Part shown: in pieces, positions 50,900-63,803 of the stretch
How the letters are laid out: every line of letters starts with the position of its first letter
Numbering within the stretch: the stretch's first letter is position 1
Source: Lama guanicoe
Lineage: Eukaryota
NCBI GenBank assembly: GCA_013239625.1
Contig: MU053792.1
Span: forward strand, 408,941 to 472,940
Length of the DNA: 64,000 nt
Reading direction: 5' to 3'
Notes under the pieces: model-generated
What the model was told of the DNA's origin: nothing
Seen by the model: only the letters and a program-made list of their open reading frames with translations
Database searches by the model: none
Program-made: the position numbers and the translations under genes

Positions 50900-51900
50900 C
50901 TAATTTTTTCACAAATAAACGGTGGTTTCATAAAAATATCTGATAAATCTATTTTAACTATGCTGTTATTATTATTGGCATATTTGTAATGTCTTTATAA
51001 TCTTCCTTCCTAACATTGCAGATAAGTTGTCCTTTCCCAGATCCTGGTATTAAAATAATAAACTTCTTTTAAACAAATCTCCATTGTTTCTGTCCATGCA
51101 CTTAATCTTTCTATGCATAGTCTTCATTTGAAAATGGGAGTTTAATATTTTATCTGTATTATAAACTTATCTGGGATAATACTGATAAAGAATTTAATGC
51201 TTTGGCACAGACATAGCACTCAGACACTAACTCATATCTTTTTAAATTGGGATTGGTGTTTTTCCATATTTAATGCACTGTATTTATTTTCATGTCATAG
51301 GCATATAACAGAGAACTCAATATGGCAACCCAGATGGATTGGGGAAAATGTGGCTGGGAGAAGGAAGGAAGAAGTTAGGTGCTGACTCACTTTCACCCTG
51401 AATAGGGCTGAACAGATGCTGGGAAGACATTTAGAATCTATGTATACAAAGCAATTCAGTGGACTAGAGTCACAGTCACTGACAAAGGCTTAAAACTGAA
51501 AGTGCAGTATTTTGTCTCTAAAGGAAGACAAAGAGCAATGTTAGAGGTTCTGCTATCATCTGGGAAGTTTGTACCTAGAGTCTCAGACACTAGGAATTAA
51601 CAAGCCATCTGGCCCTACACAGGAACCTTCAGAGCAAGTCAAGATTATAGGGGTAAATAAAAGTCTATTTCTGAAACTGGGTTGTATAGTATTGGAAAGA
51701 CTAAGCATTTTAGGCGCTAGGTGATCAATTTGAATTGCCAGCCTTTGGCTGATTACAACAAGAATCCAGAGAATCAATTTAATATTAAACTTTCATGTTT
51801 GGTACTTTATAAAAATCTTGCCTCTGAAAGGATTTTTTGAAGAATAGAGTGGAACCAAGTTACTGAGGAGGAAGGAAATGAGTGCCTTAAAAGTCAGTTC

Positions 51901-52033
51901 CATAGCAAGGGAATTATATTCAGTAACTTGTAATAACCTACAATAAAAAAAGAATATGAAAAATAAAAATATGAATTGCTATGCTGTACACCAGACACTA
52001 ACACAACATTGTAAATCAACTATATTTCAGTAA
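51901..52033 (+). mobile_element. Short LINE-1 3' end with TSD
   Basis: atagcaagggaattatattcag...gctgtacaccagacactaacacaacattgtaaatcaactat; TSD aaaagtcagtt / aaaagtgagtt. Confidence 0.85.
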
Positions 52034-52209
52034 AAAAGTGAGTTGCTAGAAAAGGGTAGTAGCATGTCCTAGCCACCGAAGCTTCCCTTCTGTCTGCTAA
52101 TGCTCATAATCAATCCCCAAATTCCACATTCAAAGAGCGTTTCTTGTCTCCTAACAAGAGATTATCCCAGGAACATGCTCATCTTTATTCTAAAATCTGA
52201 GGCTGCTTA

Positions 52210-52349
52210 AGCACTGTATAGGATAGTGGAAAGTCTATTGGAAATTCAAGTTCTGCCTTTGGTTCTACTATTGACCAGCTATATAATTCCGGAAAAATTG
52301 TGGATATTTCTGAGGCCAAGTTTTCTGTATTTGCAAAATGAAAATGGAT
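52210..52349 (+). mobile_element. MIR fragment
   Basis: caagttctgcctttggttctact...tctgaggccaagttttctgtatttgcaaaatg. Confidence 0.5.
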
Positions 52350-52350
52350 C

Positions 52351-53000
52351 TTGTTTTGTTTCCAGCTTTACTGAGATACAATTGACATAACACTGTATAA
52401 GTTTAAAGTACACAGTGTGATGAGTTGCTACATGTGTATATTGCAAAATGATCACAACAATAAGGTTAGTTAACATATCCATTTCCTCACATAATTACCT
52501 ATTTTAGTGGCAGGAATATTTAAGATCTACTGTCTTAGCAACTTCCGAGTATACTACACATTATTATAAACTATAGCCATAATAATGTACATTAAATGAA
52601 TAAATTTATTCATGTTATAACAGGAAGTTTATAACCTCTGACCAATATCTCCCCATTTTCCCCACCCCCAGTCCATAGCAACCAACAATCTACTCTCTTT
52701 TTCTATGTGATTGGATTTTTTAGGTTCCATTCATAAGTGAGATCACAGAGTATTTGTTTTCCTCTGTCTGACTTCCTTCATTTAGTATAATGCCTTCAAG
52801 TTTCATCTATGTTGATGCAAATGGAATGATTTCCTTCTTTCTTTATGACTGAATAATATTCATATATGTGTATATATATATATATATATATCATATTTTC
52901 TTTATCCATTTACCTGTTGATGGACACTTAGGTTGTTTTCATATCTCAAGTAGTGTGAATAACACTGCAATGAACATAAAGGTGCAGATATCTCTTTGAA
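52351..53000 (-). mobile_element. L1MA-type 3' end, reverse strand
   Basis: cagctttactgagatacaattgacataacactgtataagtttaaagtacacag...ataagtgagatcacagagtatttg...gtgcagatatctcttt. Confidence 0.9.
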
Positions 53001-53039
53001 AGGTGTCTATACATATACACACACATACATATCTTATTT

Positions 53040-53530
53040 TTAGGTACAGATGAGCTCTGAAGATAAATAATGGGGATAAATAATGGGGATGGGGTGTGGT
53101 GGATAGGGTGATGAGTATGGTGGTCAGAAGAGGCTGCTCTGGCTAGAGAAAAGTAAGCAAGAGGATAACTGTAGGATATGGGATACATGAGAAGTAATCA
53201 AGGCTAGATCATGCAAAGTCAGTGTAAACTATGATAGGGGAGCCATTGAGGATTTTGAGCAGGGTAATGGTGTGACCTAGTTTACATTTTTAAAATATCA
53301 TTCCTGCTGCTAGTTGGAGAGACCTGGGGATGTAGTGAAGTGAGGGAGGAAGAATGGAGATATATTAGGAACCTAAAACAATGTTGTAGGCAAAAAAGAA
53401 TGGCAGCTTGAGTTAATGAAAATAGTACCAGTGGATGTAATGAAAATAGTTGAACATGCAATATACTATTTTGAAGGTAGAATATTAACGGATTAAATGG
53501 GGAAGGGGAAGGAGAGAGTTTGAGAACATC
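53040..53530 (-). mobile_element. L2 LINE fragment
   Basis: ggctagatcatgcaaag...gggagccattgaggattttgagcagggtaatggtgtgacctagtttacattttt. Confidence 0.75.
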
Positions 53531-54127
53531 TGGGTAAATATCCCATAAAATTTATTCTAGAAATAAAGATCAATTAATTCATGATGTGAAAGACTGTACC
53601 TTAGGTAACTGTAAGAAGAGGTTTTACCTGAAGCAGGTGCATCTGTAAGCCATTGTACAGCTTGGGTCATACTACAGGTCACTTAACACTTGTGGTAATT
53701 AAGTTGCACATTACCAAAGTGAGGGAAGTAAGACATTTTATCCTTTCTCATTTAGAAGCATTATGGCGGTTTAGAAATTGTATATGGAACTTATGTAATG
53801 CTGGCACTAACCACTCATAAACTATGTGACCATGGACATGTTATATAATTTCTCCCAAATTGGGATGCTCAAGAAGATAAAAATACCTCCCTCTTATGGT
53901 TGTTGTGAGGTTAAATAAAATCTCACATAGTAACTATTTTTTGCCTACTGTCTATGTAATAGTGGGTGGGAATATCGACATCAAGGTGTTGAGGATGAAG
54001 GAGACACAGTTCTACTCCTCAGGATACTCTTTCCTGTGCTTCAGAATGCCAGAAATGGGGCATGAATCCTATAGTAGGGATTCATTGGGAGCTCATGTTC
54101 TTCCAAATCCAAAATTATAAGCTTATT

Positions 54128-57100
54128 GGGAAAGAGATCAAGATGGCAGAGCAGGAGGACACTGAGCTTGCCTCCTCCCATGAACATATGAAAAATTATC
54201 TATACATGGAGCCATTCTTACTGAAAACAGGAGAATGGCAGAAAGACTTCTGCACAACATAGGCTGAAAACAAAGATCCGCATGGAATTGCATAAGAAGG
54301 GGAAAGAAGCAATCAGGTTGGATTATGTGACTCTAGGAGAGGACACAAAAGAGGGAATGGATTGCATGGGCTTGGAAACTCTTTCTGGGGAGTGAGCAGT
54401 TTGAGCCACATATGGGAACCCCGGCCCTGGGTTCCAATACCAGAAAGATGAGTCCTCTGGCTGGTTCAAAGAACAGTGGGACTGGAAAGCAGACTGTGAG
54501 AAACTTCAGCTGCACTCAGCTGTACCTATGCTTGCTTGGTCCCAAAGCAAGGTGGAGGAGGCAGATTGAGAATGCCCAGGACTCTGGCAGGTTTCTTGCA
54601 ACTGCCCCACCTACACTGAGTGGGCCCTCTTGCTCTGGTGCAGCTCCTCCCTGAGATAAAAGCTGCCATTGTCAAGGATAATGTGCAGTTAAGAGAGACA
54701 GAGCTAGCTCAAACCTGGCACATCATCTGAAAAGGAAGGGGATGGCCACTGCTAATGTCATGAAGGGTGCAGATTGGGAATGATCTGAAACTCTAACTGG
54801 TGTGCCAGAATGTGTCAGCATACACCCCAGATCAAGCTAAGGCCCCCTCCAGCCCTTTTTGCTCCAGCATGGATCCACTCTGGCATCAAAGTGCCAATGC
54901 TGATAGAGGGGATAGTGCACAATTACAGAAAATAGAACAAGCTCAAATCCAACCTTCAAGACTTATGCTCCAGCAACTTGGAACCCCACCCCACACTTGT
55001 TAAGGCTTTTTAGGTCACTGAGCATAGGAGAAGCCCAAGCTCATACTTGGTTCTGGATCTAGGAACTCCATCTCCAGACCCATTTCCCACCACATCTCAC
55101 CCTCGGGGAAGACATGACTCATGCTTACTTTAGACTCAGCTGTCTCACAAAACCTACTGGACCCATGTAAAATGCACAGGAGTGCTCCCACAAAAGGACA
55201 TCCTTTCACAACCAGGATAGGTAACTGCTTCATCTAATTTCATAGAACAGAGAAAATTCTGCAAATGAGAAGACAAAGGAATTTGTTTCAAATGAAAGCC
55301 CAATAAAAAACCATGGAAAAAACAACTAGTGAAAGAAAGACATATAATTTATCAGGTAAAGCATTCAAAGCATTATTAATAAGAATGCTAACTTAACCAA
55401 GGAAAAGAATAGATAAACACAGTGAGAATTTTAACAATTAACTAGAAAATATAGAAAGAACTAGTGAGAGATGAAGAACACAATAACTGAAATTAAAAAC
55501 ACATTACAAGGAATTGATAGCAGACTAGGTTATGCATAAGCACTCATAAGCAATCTGGAAGATGAAATAATGGAAACCACCCACACAGAACAACAAGAAG
55601 AAAAACAAATTTTAAAAAATGAGAACAGTTATGGGACCTCTAGGACAGCATCAAACATACTAATATTCACACTATAGTGTTCTCAGAAGAATAAGAGAGA
55701 AAGGGGTCAAAAATGTATTTGATAAAATTATGGCTGAAAACATCATGAACATGAAGAAGGAAATTAGATACCCGATACAGAAAGTACAGAGAACACCAAA
55801 GGAGATAAACCAAAAAAGACACACACCAAGACAAAACATAATTAAAGTGGTAAAAGTAAGAGATAAAGAGGGAATTTTTAAGGCAGTAACAACAACAAAA
55901 AAGTCACATAGAAAAGAACCCCTTTACAACAATCAGTTAATTGTTCTGCAGAAACTTTGCAGGCAAAAAAAAAAAAAAAAAAAAAAGAGAGAGAGAGAGA
56001 GTGGCATAATATATTTAAAGTACTGAAAGGGGAAATGTGCAAACTAGGATACTCTATCCAGCAAGATTATCATTCAGAATTGAAGGAAAGTTAAAGAACT
56101 TCTCAGATAAGTGAAAACTAAGAGTTCATCAATATTAAATCAATCCTATAAGAACTGTTAATAGGTCATCTCTAATGGAAAAAAAGCTACAAAAAAAGTA
56201 AGTTTATGGGAAAAGAAAAATCTCACTAGTAAAGGCAAATACATATTAAAGGCTGTAGACCAACTACTTAAATAAACTATACAAAGATTAAAAGACAAAA
56301 ATTGTAAAACCAACTATAATTATAATGAACAATAAGGCATGAACATGTAAAATATGATAACAAAAACACAAAACATAGGGGAAGGGAGTAAAAAATGTAG
56401 ATTTTTTAGTACGTGATTGAACTTAACTTATGATCAGTTTAAAACAAGTAGATACAGTTATAGGTCAACATATATAACTCACATGGTAATCATAAATCAA
56501 AAACCTACAACAGATACACAAGAGCTACAGCAGAAGGAACCCAAGCATAATCCTATAGAAAATCATCACAGCACAATGGAAGAAACTAAAAAAAGAAGAA
56601 ACTAACAGAGAAGAACTACAAAAACAATCAGAAAACAAGTAACGAAGTGTCAGTGAGTACATATCTATCAATAATCACCTTACATTGATGAACTAAAGTA
56701 AAGAGTGGCAATAAGTATGTACCTATCAGTAATCACCTTACACTGATGAACTAAATACTCCAATCAAAAACACAGGATGGCTGATTGGATTAAAAATAAG
56801 ACTCATCTATATGCTGTTTGCAAGAGACTCACTTCAGAGTTAAAGGCATACAGAGACTGAAAGTGAGGGGATGGAAAAAGATATTTTATGCAAATGGAAA
56901 TGACAAGAAAGCTGGTGTGGTAATATACATATCATACAAAATAGACTTTGAAACAAAGTTTATTTTAAAAGACAATGAAAGGAATTACATAATGATAAAA
57001 AGATCAATACAGGAAGAGGATATAACATTTGTTAGCACATGTTCACCCAATATAGGAACATCTAATTATATAAAGTAACTATTAACAGACATAAAGGGAG

Positions 57101-60100
57101 AAATTGATGATAATATGCTAATAGCAGGGGACATTACCACCTCACTTGCTTCAGTAGGAAGATTCCAGATGGAAAATCAACAAAGAAACACAGGCCTTAA
57201 GTGACACATTATATCACATTGAGCTATAGATATGCATAGAACATTTCATCCAAAAGCTGCAGAATAAAGGGGAGGGTATAGCTCAAGTGGTAGAGTGCAT
57301 GCTTAGCATGCATGAGGTCCTGAGTTCAAACCCCAGGACCTCCCAGTACCTCCATTACAAATAAATAAAGAAATCTAATTACCCTCACCAAAAAATACCC
57401 ACAAAACAAACAAAAACTCAAAAAAAAAAAAAACAGCTGTAGAATACACTTTCTCATGGGTACTTGGAATAGTCTCCAAGACAAATCACATGCTAGTCCA
57501 CAAAACAAATCTTAACAAATTTAAGAGGATAGGAATAACGTCAAGCATTTTTTTCCTGACCACAATGGTGTGAAACTAGAAATCAATTACAAAAAAAAGA
57601 GAAAAACACAAACACGTGGAAGTTAAACAACACGCTACTGAAAATCAATGGGTCAATGAAGAATTCAAAGAAGTAATCAGAAAATACACCAAGACAAATA
57701 AAAATAAAAACAAAACTTTCTAAAATCTATGCAATGTAGCAAAAGCAGTTCTAAGAGGGATGTTTAAGTGATACAGGCCTACCTCAAGAAACAAGACAAA
57801 TGCCAAATATACAACCTAACCTACCATCCAAAAGAATTAGAAAAAGAACAAAAAAATCCCAAAGTCAGCAGAAGTAGGAAAATAATAAAGATCAGAGAGC
57901 AAATCAGTAAAACACAGACCCCCGAATTAAGAAAGTATCAGTGAAACTGAGAGCTGGTTTTTGAAAACATAAAATTAAGAAAACCTTTAGCCAGGCTCAG
58001 CAAGAAGAAAAGAAAAGAGGGCCCAAGTTTTTATAAAATAAGAAATTAGACAGGAGAAATTACAATAGAGATCACAGAGATACCAAAAGTCATAAAAGAA
58101 TACCACAAAGTTATATGACACCAAGTGGGACAACCTAGAAGAAATGGATAAATTCATAGAAACAGATAATCTCCCAAGAATAATGTAGGAAGAAATAGAC
58201 AATCTGAACAGACCAATCACTAGCAGTGAAACTGTATTAGCAATGCAAAAAATCACAGCAAACAGAAGTTCAGTCCTGGATGGCTTCGCAGGTGAATTCC
58301 ACCTAACACATAAAGAAGAGCTAATACCTGTGCTTCTCAAACAATTCCAAAAATTGAAGACAGAACTCTCCCATATTCTTTGTACAAGGATAACACTACC
58401 CTAATACCAAAGCCAGGAAAATACACTAAAATCAAGAAAATTACAGGCCAATATTACTGATGAATGTAGATGCAAAAGTCCTCAACAAAATATTAGAAAA
58501 TCTAATTCAGCAATATACCATGATCAAGTGGGATTCATTCCAGTGATGCAAGGATCATTCAAATCTGTGAATCAATCAATGCAATATACCACATAATCAA
58601 AAGGAACACTAAAAATCACGTGATCATATAAATAAATGCAGAAAAAAGATTTGACAAAGTTCAATATCCTTTTATTATAAAAATTATCATCAAAATTGGT
58701 ATAGAGGGAACTTAACATAATAAACATTATATGACAAACCCACAGCTAACATCATATTCAATGGTGAAAAGGCGAAAGTTGTACCTTTAAAATGAGGAAC
58801 AAGACAAAGATGTCCACTCTTGAAACTTCTATTTAATACAATAGTGGTAGTCTTAGCCACAGCAATCAGACAAGTAAAAGAAATAAAAGGCATCCAAATT
58901 CAAGGGGAGATTTAATACTGTTACTATTTGCAGATGGCAAAAAACTATTAGAACTAATAAATGAATTCAGGAAAGTTGCAAATACAAAATTAACGTTGCA
59001 AATACAAAATTAACACAGAAATCTGTTGCTTTTCAATACACTAATAATGAACGATAAGGGGGAAAAAGCAAGAAAACAGTTCTGTTCAAACCAGCATCAA
59101 AAAGAGTATAATTTCCATCCATAAACTTAACCAAGCAGGTGAAAGACCTATACTTAAAACTATAAAACATTGATGAAGGAAATTGAAGACGACTTAAAGA
59201 AATGAAAATATATCCCAATATCATGGACTGTAACAATTAATATTGTTAAAGTGTCCATACTACCCAAAGCAATCTACAGATTTAATACAGTCCCTATTAA
59301 AAGATCCATGACATTTTCCACAAAATTAGAACAAATAATCCTAAAACCTACATGGAACCACAAAAGACCCCTAATAGACAAAAGCAATCTTGAGGGAAAA
59401 AGAACAAATTATTTTATAGTCATCATGCTTCTGACTTCAGACTATACTGCAAAGACACAGTCATCAAAACAATATGGTCCTTGCACAATAACTGACACAT
59501 AGATCAATGAAACAGCATGGAGAGTCCAGAAGAAAACCCACATACATATGGTCAATTAACATATGGCAAAGGAGGCAAGAATACACAATAGGGGAAAGAC
59601 AGTCCGTTCAATAAGTGGTGCTGGGAAAACTGGACAGCTACATGCAAAAGAATCAAACTGGACAGCTTTCTCACACAACACACAAAAATAAACTTTAAGT
59701 GACTTAAAGACCTAAATTTAAGACCAGAACCCATAAAATGCCTAGAAGAAAACATAGGCAGAATGCTCTTTGACACAAACCATAGCAATATTCTTTTGAA
59801 TCTGTCTCCAATGAAAAAGGAAACAAAAGCAAAAATAAACAAATGGAACTTAATTAACCTTAGAAGCTTTTGCACAGCAAAAGGAACCATCCACAAAATG
59901 AAAAGATAACTTACTCAACAGGATAATACATTTGCAAATGATATGATCAATAAGGGGTTAACATCCAAAATATATAAACAGTTCATACAAATATCAAAAC
60001 AAACAAACAAACACCTCAAGTTAAAAATAGGCAGAAGACTTGAATAGATATTTTTCCAGAGAAGACATACATATGGCCAAGAGGTACATTAAAAGATGCT

Positions 60101-60939
60101 CAACATTGCTTATCATCAGACAAATGCCAATCAAAACCACAGTGAGGTATCACCTCACACCTATCAGAATCATTATCATCAAAAAGACCACAAATAATAA
60201 AAATTGGTGAGAATGTGCAGAAAAGGGTATTCTTGTGCTCTGTTGGTAGGAATGTAAATTGGCACAGCCAATTACATTATAGAGGTTTCTCAAAATATTA
60301 AAAACAGATCTACCATTTGACCCAGGAGTTCTATTCCTCGGTATATATCTGAAGAAAACAAAAACACTATTTCAAAAAGGTACATGCACTCTGTGTTCTT
60401 AGCAGCATTATTTACAATAGTCAAGATAGGAAAGCAACATAACTGTCCATCAATAGATGAATGTGTAAAGAAGATGTGGTGTACATATACAATGAAATAT
60501 TACTCAGTTATATCAAAGAATAAAATTTTGCTATTTGCAACAACATGGATGGACCTGGAGGGTATTATGCTTAGTGGAATATGTCAGAAAGAGGAAAACA
60601 AATACTCTATGCTACCACTTATCTATGGAATCTGAAAAATAAAACAAATGAGTGAATATAACAAAACAGAAATTGACAGATATAGAGAACAAAAGAGTGG
60701 TTGCCAATGGGGAGAGGTAAATGAGGAGGGAGAAGGTAGGGGTAGAATATTAAAAGGTACAAACTACCAAGTATAAAATAAATAGGGCACCAAGATATAC
60801 ATATTGCAAAGCACAGGGAATATAACTGGTATTTTACAATAACTTGAAATGGAGTATAATCTATAAAAATTTTGAATTGCTATTTTATACATATAAAACT
60901 AACTTATCATTGTAAATCAACCATATTTAAACAAAAAAA
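54128..60939 (+). mobile_element. Full-length decayed LINE-1 (~6.8 kb) with nested Vic-1-like SINE
   Basis: 5' caagatggc; ORF1 peptide QRTPKEINQKRHTPRQNIIK; ORF2 peptides [52 protein letters not shown]-tail at ~60930; TSD not clearly preserved. Confidence 0.95.
57269..57433 (+). mobile_element. tRNA-Ala-derived camelid SINE (Vic-1-like)
   Basis: ggggagggtatagctcaagtggtagagtgcatgcttagcatgcatgaggtcctgagttcaaacccc (A and B boxes, AGC anticodon loop); TSD aaaagctgcagaata / aacagctgtagaata. Confidence 0.9.
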
Positions 60940-61681
60940 TTTACATTCTTGTGTAAGATTACAGAGCACACAGTTAAAGACAACACAGCTGTCTCCTCAG
61001 TGCAGTTTTCTGGACCCCATAGCCTAATCCAGATAAATGGCTCTAATATAATTTTAGGCAAATTAACAGGTAATAAAGGAGATCTGCTGGACAGGGAGGC
61101 ATTTGTTCTCTCTCAAATTAAACATATTTTCAGGCATCTTTAATCACAGGAAGGGTTTTTATTATAATGCATGTCTTAAGTACTGACTTGTATTTAAAAT
61201 TAAAGAGAATATGCAAATGAGTAAATTGCAATACCTCATTTATTTTACTTTGTCATTGAAATGATCCCACCTTGAGAATTTTGAATTCATGGGCCAAGTT
61301 CTTTTGTATTACCCTTAAATTTATCATTTAACATAGCAGAAAGGGCGCAGCCAGCTCACCAGGAAATAGGCACTGCAGTAGCATTCTATAGGAATGTCAT
61401 ATTCAGTGAGTCATTTCACCATGCATCTTAATAATTAGCGAACTAACCCATGAAACGCCACTAAAAATCACATCAGGTGATTGTTTCCTCAGCCATTTAG
61501 ACATTATAAGCATGCTTTCAAGTTCAGAACTCAAGGTGAATTCAAAGCAAGTCCATAGTCTTCAGATTTGCTCAGTGACATTATGAACCTGAGACAGATA
61601 GGGCAAAAGGCTCTATTTTCTTATTTCTTTATCTAGCTCACAATCTCTCCATTTCCCTGTGTGTCTCCACCATCCTCCCTG

Positions 61682-61722
61682 CATGACTAGAATCATGACT
61701 AGATCATGACTAGAGTCATGAG
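61682..61722. repeat. Short tandem repeat, 11-12-bp unit catgactaga(a/g)t, ~3.5 copies
   Basis: catgactagaat catgactagat catgactagagt catgag. Confidence 0.9.
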
Positions 61723-63803
61723 TGGTGTTGGCAGGGAACTAAATTTCCTAATCAACTCAGCTTCTGCTTATTTCTATATTCCAGTCAAAAGATGGTGGAT
61801 TTGGCTGAAATTTCAAAGACAAAATATGCCATTAATATTGATTTTTTAATAATCTGTGGTAGAATGTTATGTTGACATCCCTTCATTGGAATCCTAAATA
61901 TGTGGATTAATCACAAAACCATATTCTTCAGAAATACTGAAATTACAATATTCATATGTTTTTCATATATCAAAACTGCATTTGCTTTGTGTTCTCTCAT
62001 TTTTTTGGTTTTTCTTATAAATGCTAAATTGTAGGAGGCAATTCCTGGTTGTTGATTTTTATATATTTCAAAATAAAATCTGCATTTTCCAGGGCACTGT
62101 TTCAGAATAATTACATAGTTAAATTAAATATGTCCCTGCAACTAGGATATAAATTAAGCTATTTATTAACCAATAAATATTTTGAAATGTCTACTTTAAG
62201 ACTTCAGAGAAATACAAAGAGATGCCAACCTTTTGTCTTCAAAGAACCCATAATTTAGTTTGGGAGAAAATGCTCACTTACATGAAAAATCAATTACTAA
62301 CAATGAGTCAAACTGGAAAGCAACGCTGGTTCAGAGGGTGTCATTAGGTATCATGCAACTGTTTAATGAATAGTGAAGACAAGATTTCTGTGGTCCAGTG
62401 AAGCTTCAAGGCACTTTAGCTAGACTTTGAAATTAAATTTAGAGAATTTTGTAGAGAATCCAGTCTTATGATTCAATATCAGCACATAGTAAAATAAATC
62501 TGATTCCCTCCTGGGTTCATTTCAATTTAACCTGCCCTAATTGGCAATTCCAGGATACTTACCACCTGTACAGAGCATGAACAATCCCTAACCCTGACGT
62601 CGTTAGCCATAACAAAGAAGAGCTATTGTGTTGAGTCACTGACCTACTTTCTCCCTTGAAACTTCAATTCAAATTAAGTGAAGCCCATCTATCAAAATCT
62701 GTGATGGATAAATCAGGGGTTATAAAAATAAATACACTGTTCTTATTGAAATAGTCCCTCAGATTTCCCCTCCTTCATCCTGCTCCTGTATAAAATGGTA
62801 TCTGGCAATACGGTGGAGGAGGTACCCTGAGGATTTACAGGAAAGGGGATGTCCACAGTCACAGGGCTCTTCGGGGACCTCACCACACAGGCTGCAGTAC
62901 TGGAGAAGTTTGTCTTGGGTGAAAACAGAACCAGTGACTGACTAGCTGCAGCTGGTTCTCCCTGGCTCTTTTGGGGGGAGTTAAATATTATGACTGCTAC
63001 CATCTGTAGTGGTCCTGATCCTTCATTCCTGATTTTGAAGCCCAAACCTTCAACAGCTTCTCATCCTGATCGACACACCGCCTTTATGCCTGAGGACTCA
63101 GGGCAGACAGGAACTCTTTGGGTTACTGTGTAACAGCTATGGATACCCAGGACCTCTGTTCCAGGACCACCTGTTTGGATGCTTCCTATGAATGAATCTG
63201 TACCATCTTTGGAAGTGGCTGCTCTCAGGGATATCTCTCAAAACTTACAGGTCCCTCGCTAGCATCCCAAGAGAAGCATAAAATATGTCCTTGTGTTCCT
63301 GAGCTACCCATTCTTCACCAAATATTTCTAAAACATTGATCAGTTCCCAAGTAGAGAACTTGAGATTCAGACATGTGAAGGTATACTTAAATATGTTTCT
63401 TCCTTTACCGTATTTTTTACTACTCTTAAACAGCAAACTTCAAAACTACTATGGGCAAAAGGATTTCTTCTCTACACTTACAGAAGAAATTCTGTAACCT
63501 AAGCCTTTAGAATTGGTTCTTATCATTTTAAAGGAATTTGGAGAATTCCTTTGTTTCTTGTTCAAATCTAATGATAAAGCTTGATGTTTTGGCATATAAT
63601 CTTATTTTAATTGTCATATCTTACTGTCAATTCTAAATGATTTTATTACTTTAGAAATGATCGTGATTAATATACACCTCCATCTACTCACTTATGCCAA
63701 TGACTCAAGCTAGTTATAAAGTCTTGCATACAGAAATGTATGAAAGAAAAAGCAACACTTAAGAAAACAATACTCCAATTAAACTGTGGTAAAAGATAAG
63801 AAC

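Noticed and set aside
57269..57340. Apparent tRNA-Ala gene (also 15272-15345)
   Set aside because: Followed by a SINE tail, A-tract and TSD, and inserted within L1; it is a SINE head, not a tRNA gene.
61682..61722. Repeat array as a CRISPR-like structure
   Set aside because: Eukaryotic DNA, 11-12-bp units, no unique spacers.
62555..62563. atacttacc matching the U1 snRNA 5' end
   Set aside because: No further U1 similarity; it is the reverse complement of a splice-donor motif.
63245..63436. Peptide WELINVLEIF...EH..IF...LARDL faintly like a MAGE domain
   Set aside because: Spacing is wrong and the downstream MAGE motifs (YLEYRQVP, EFLWGPRA) are absent in all frames.
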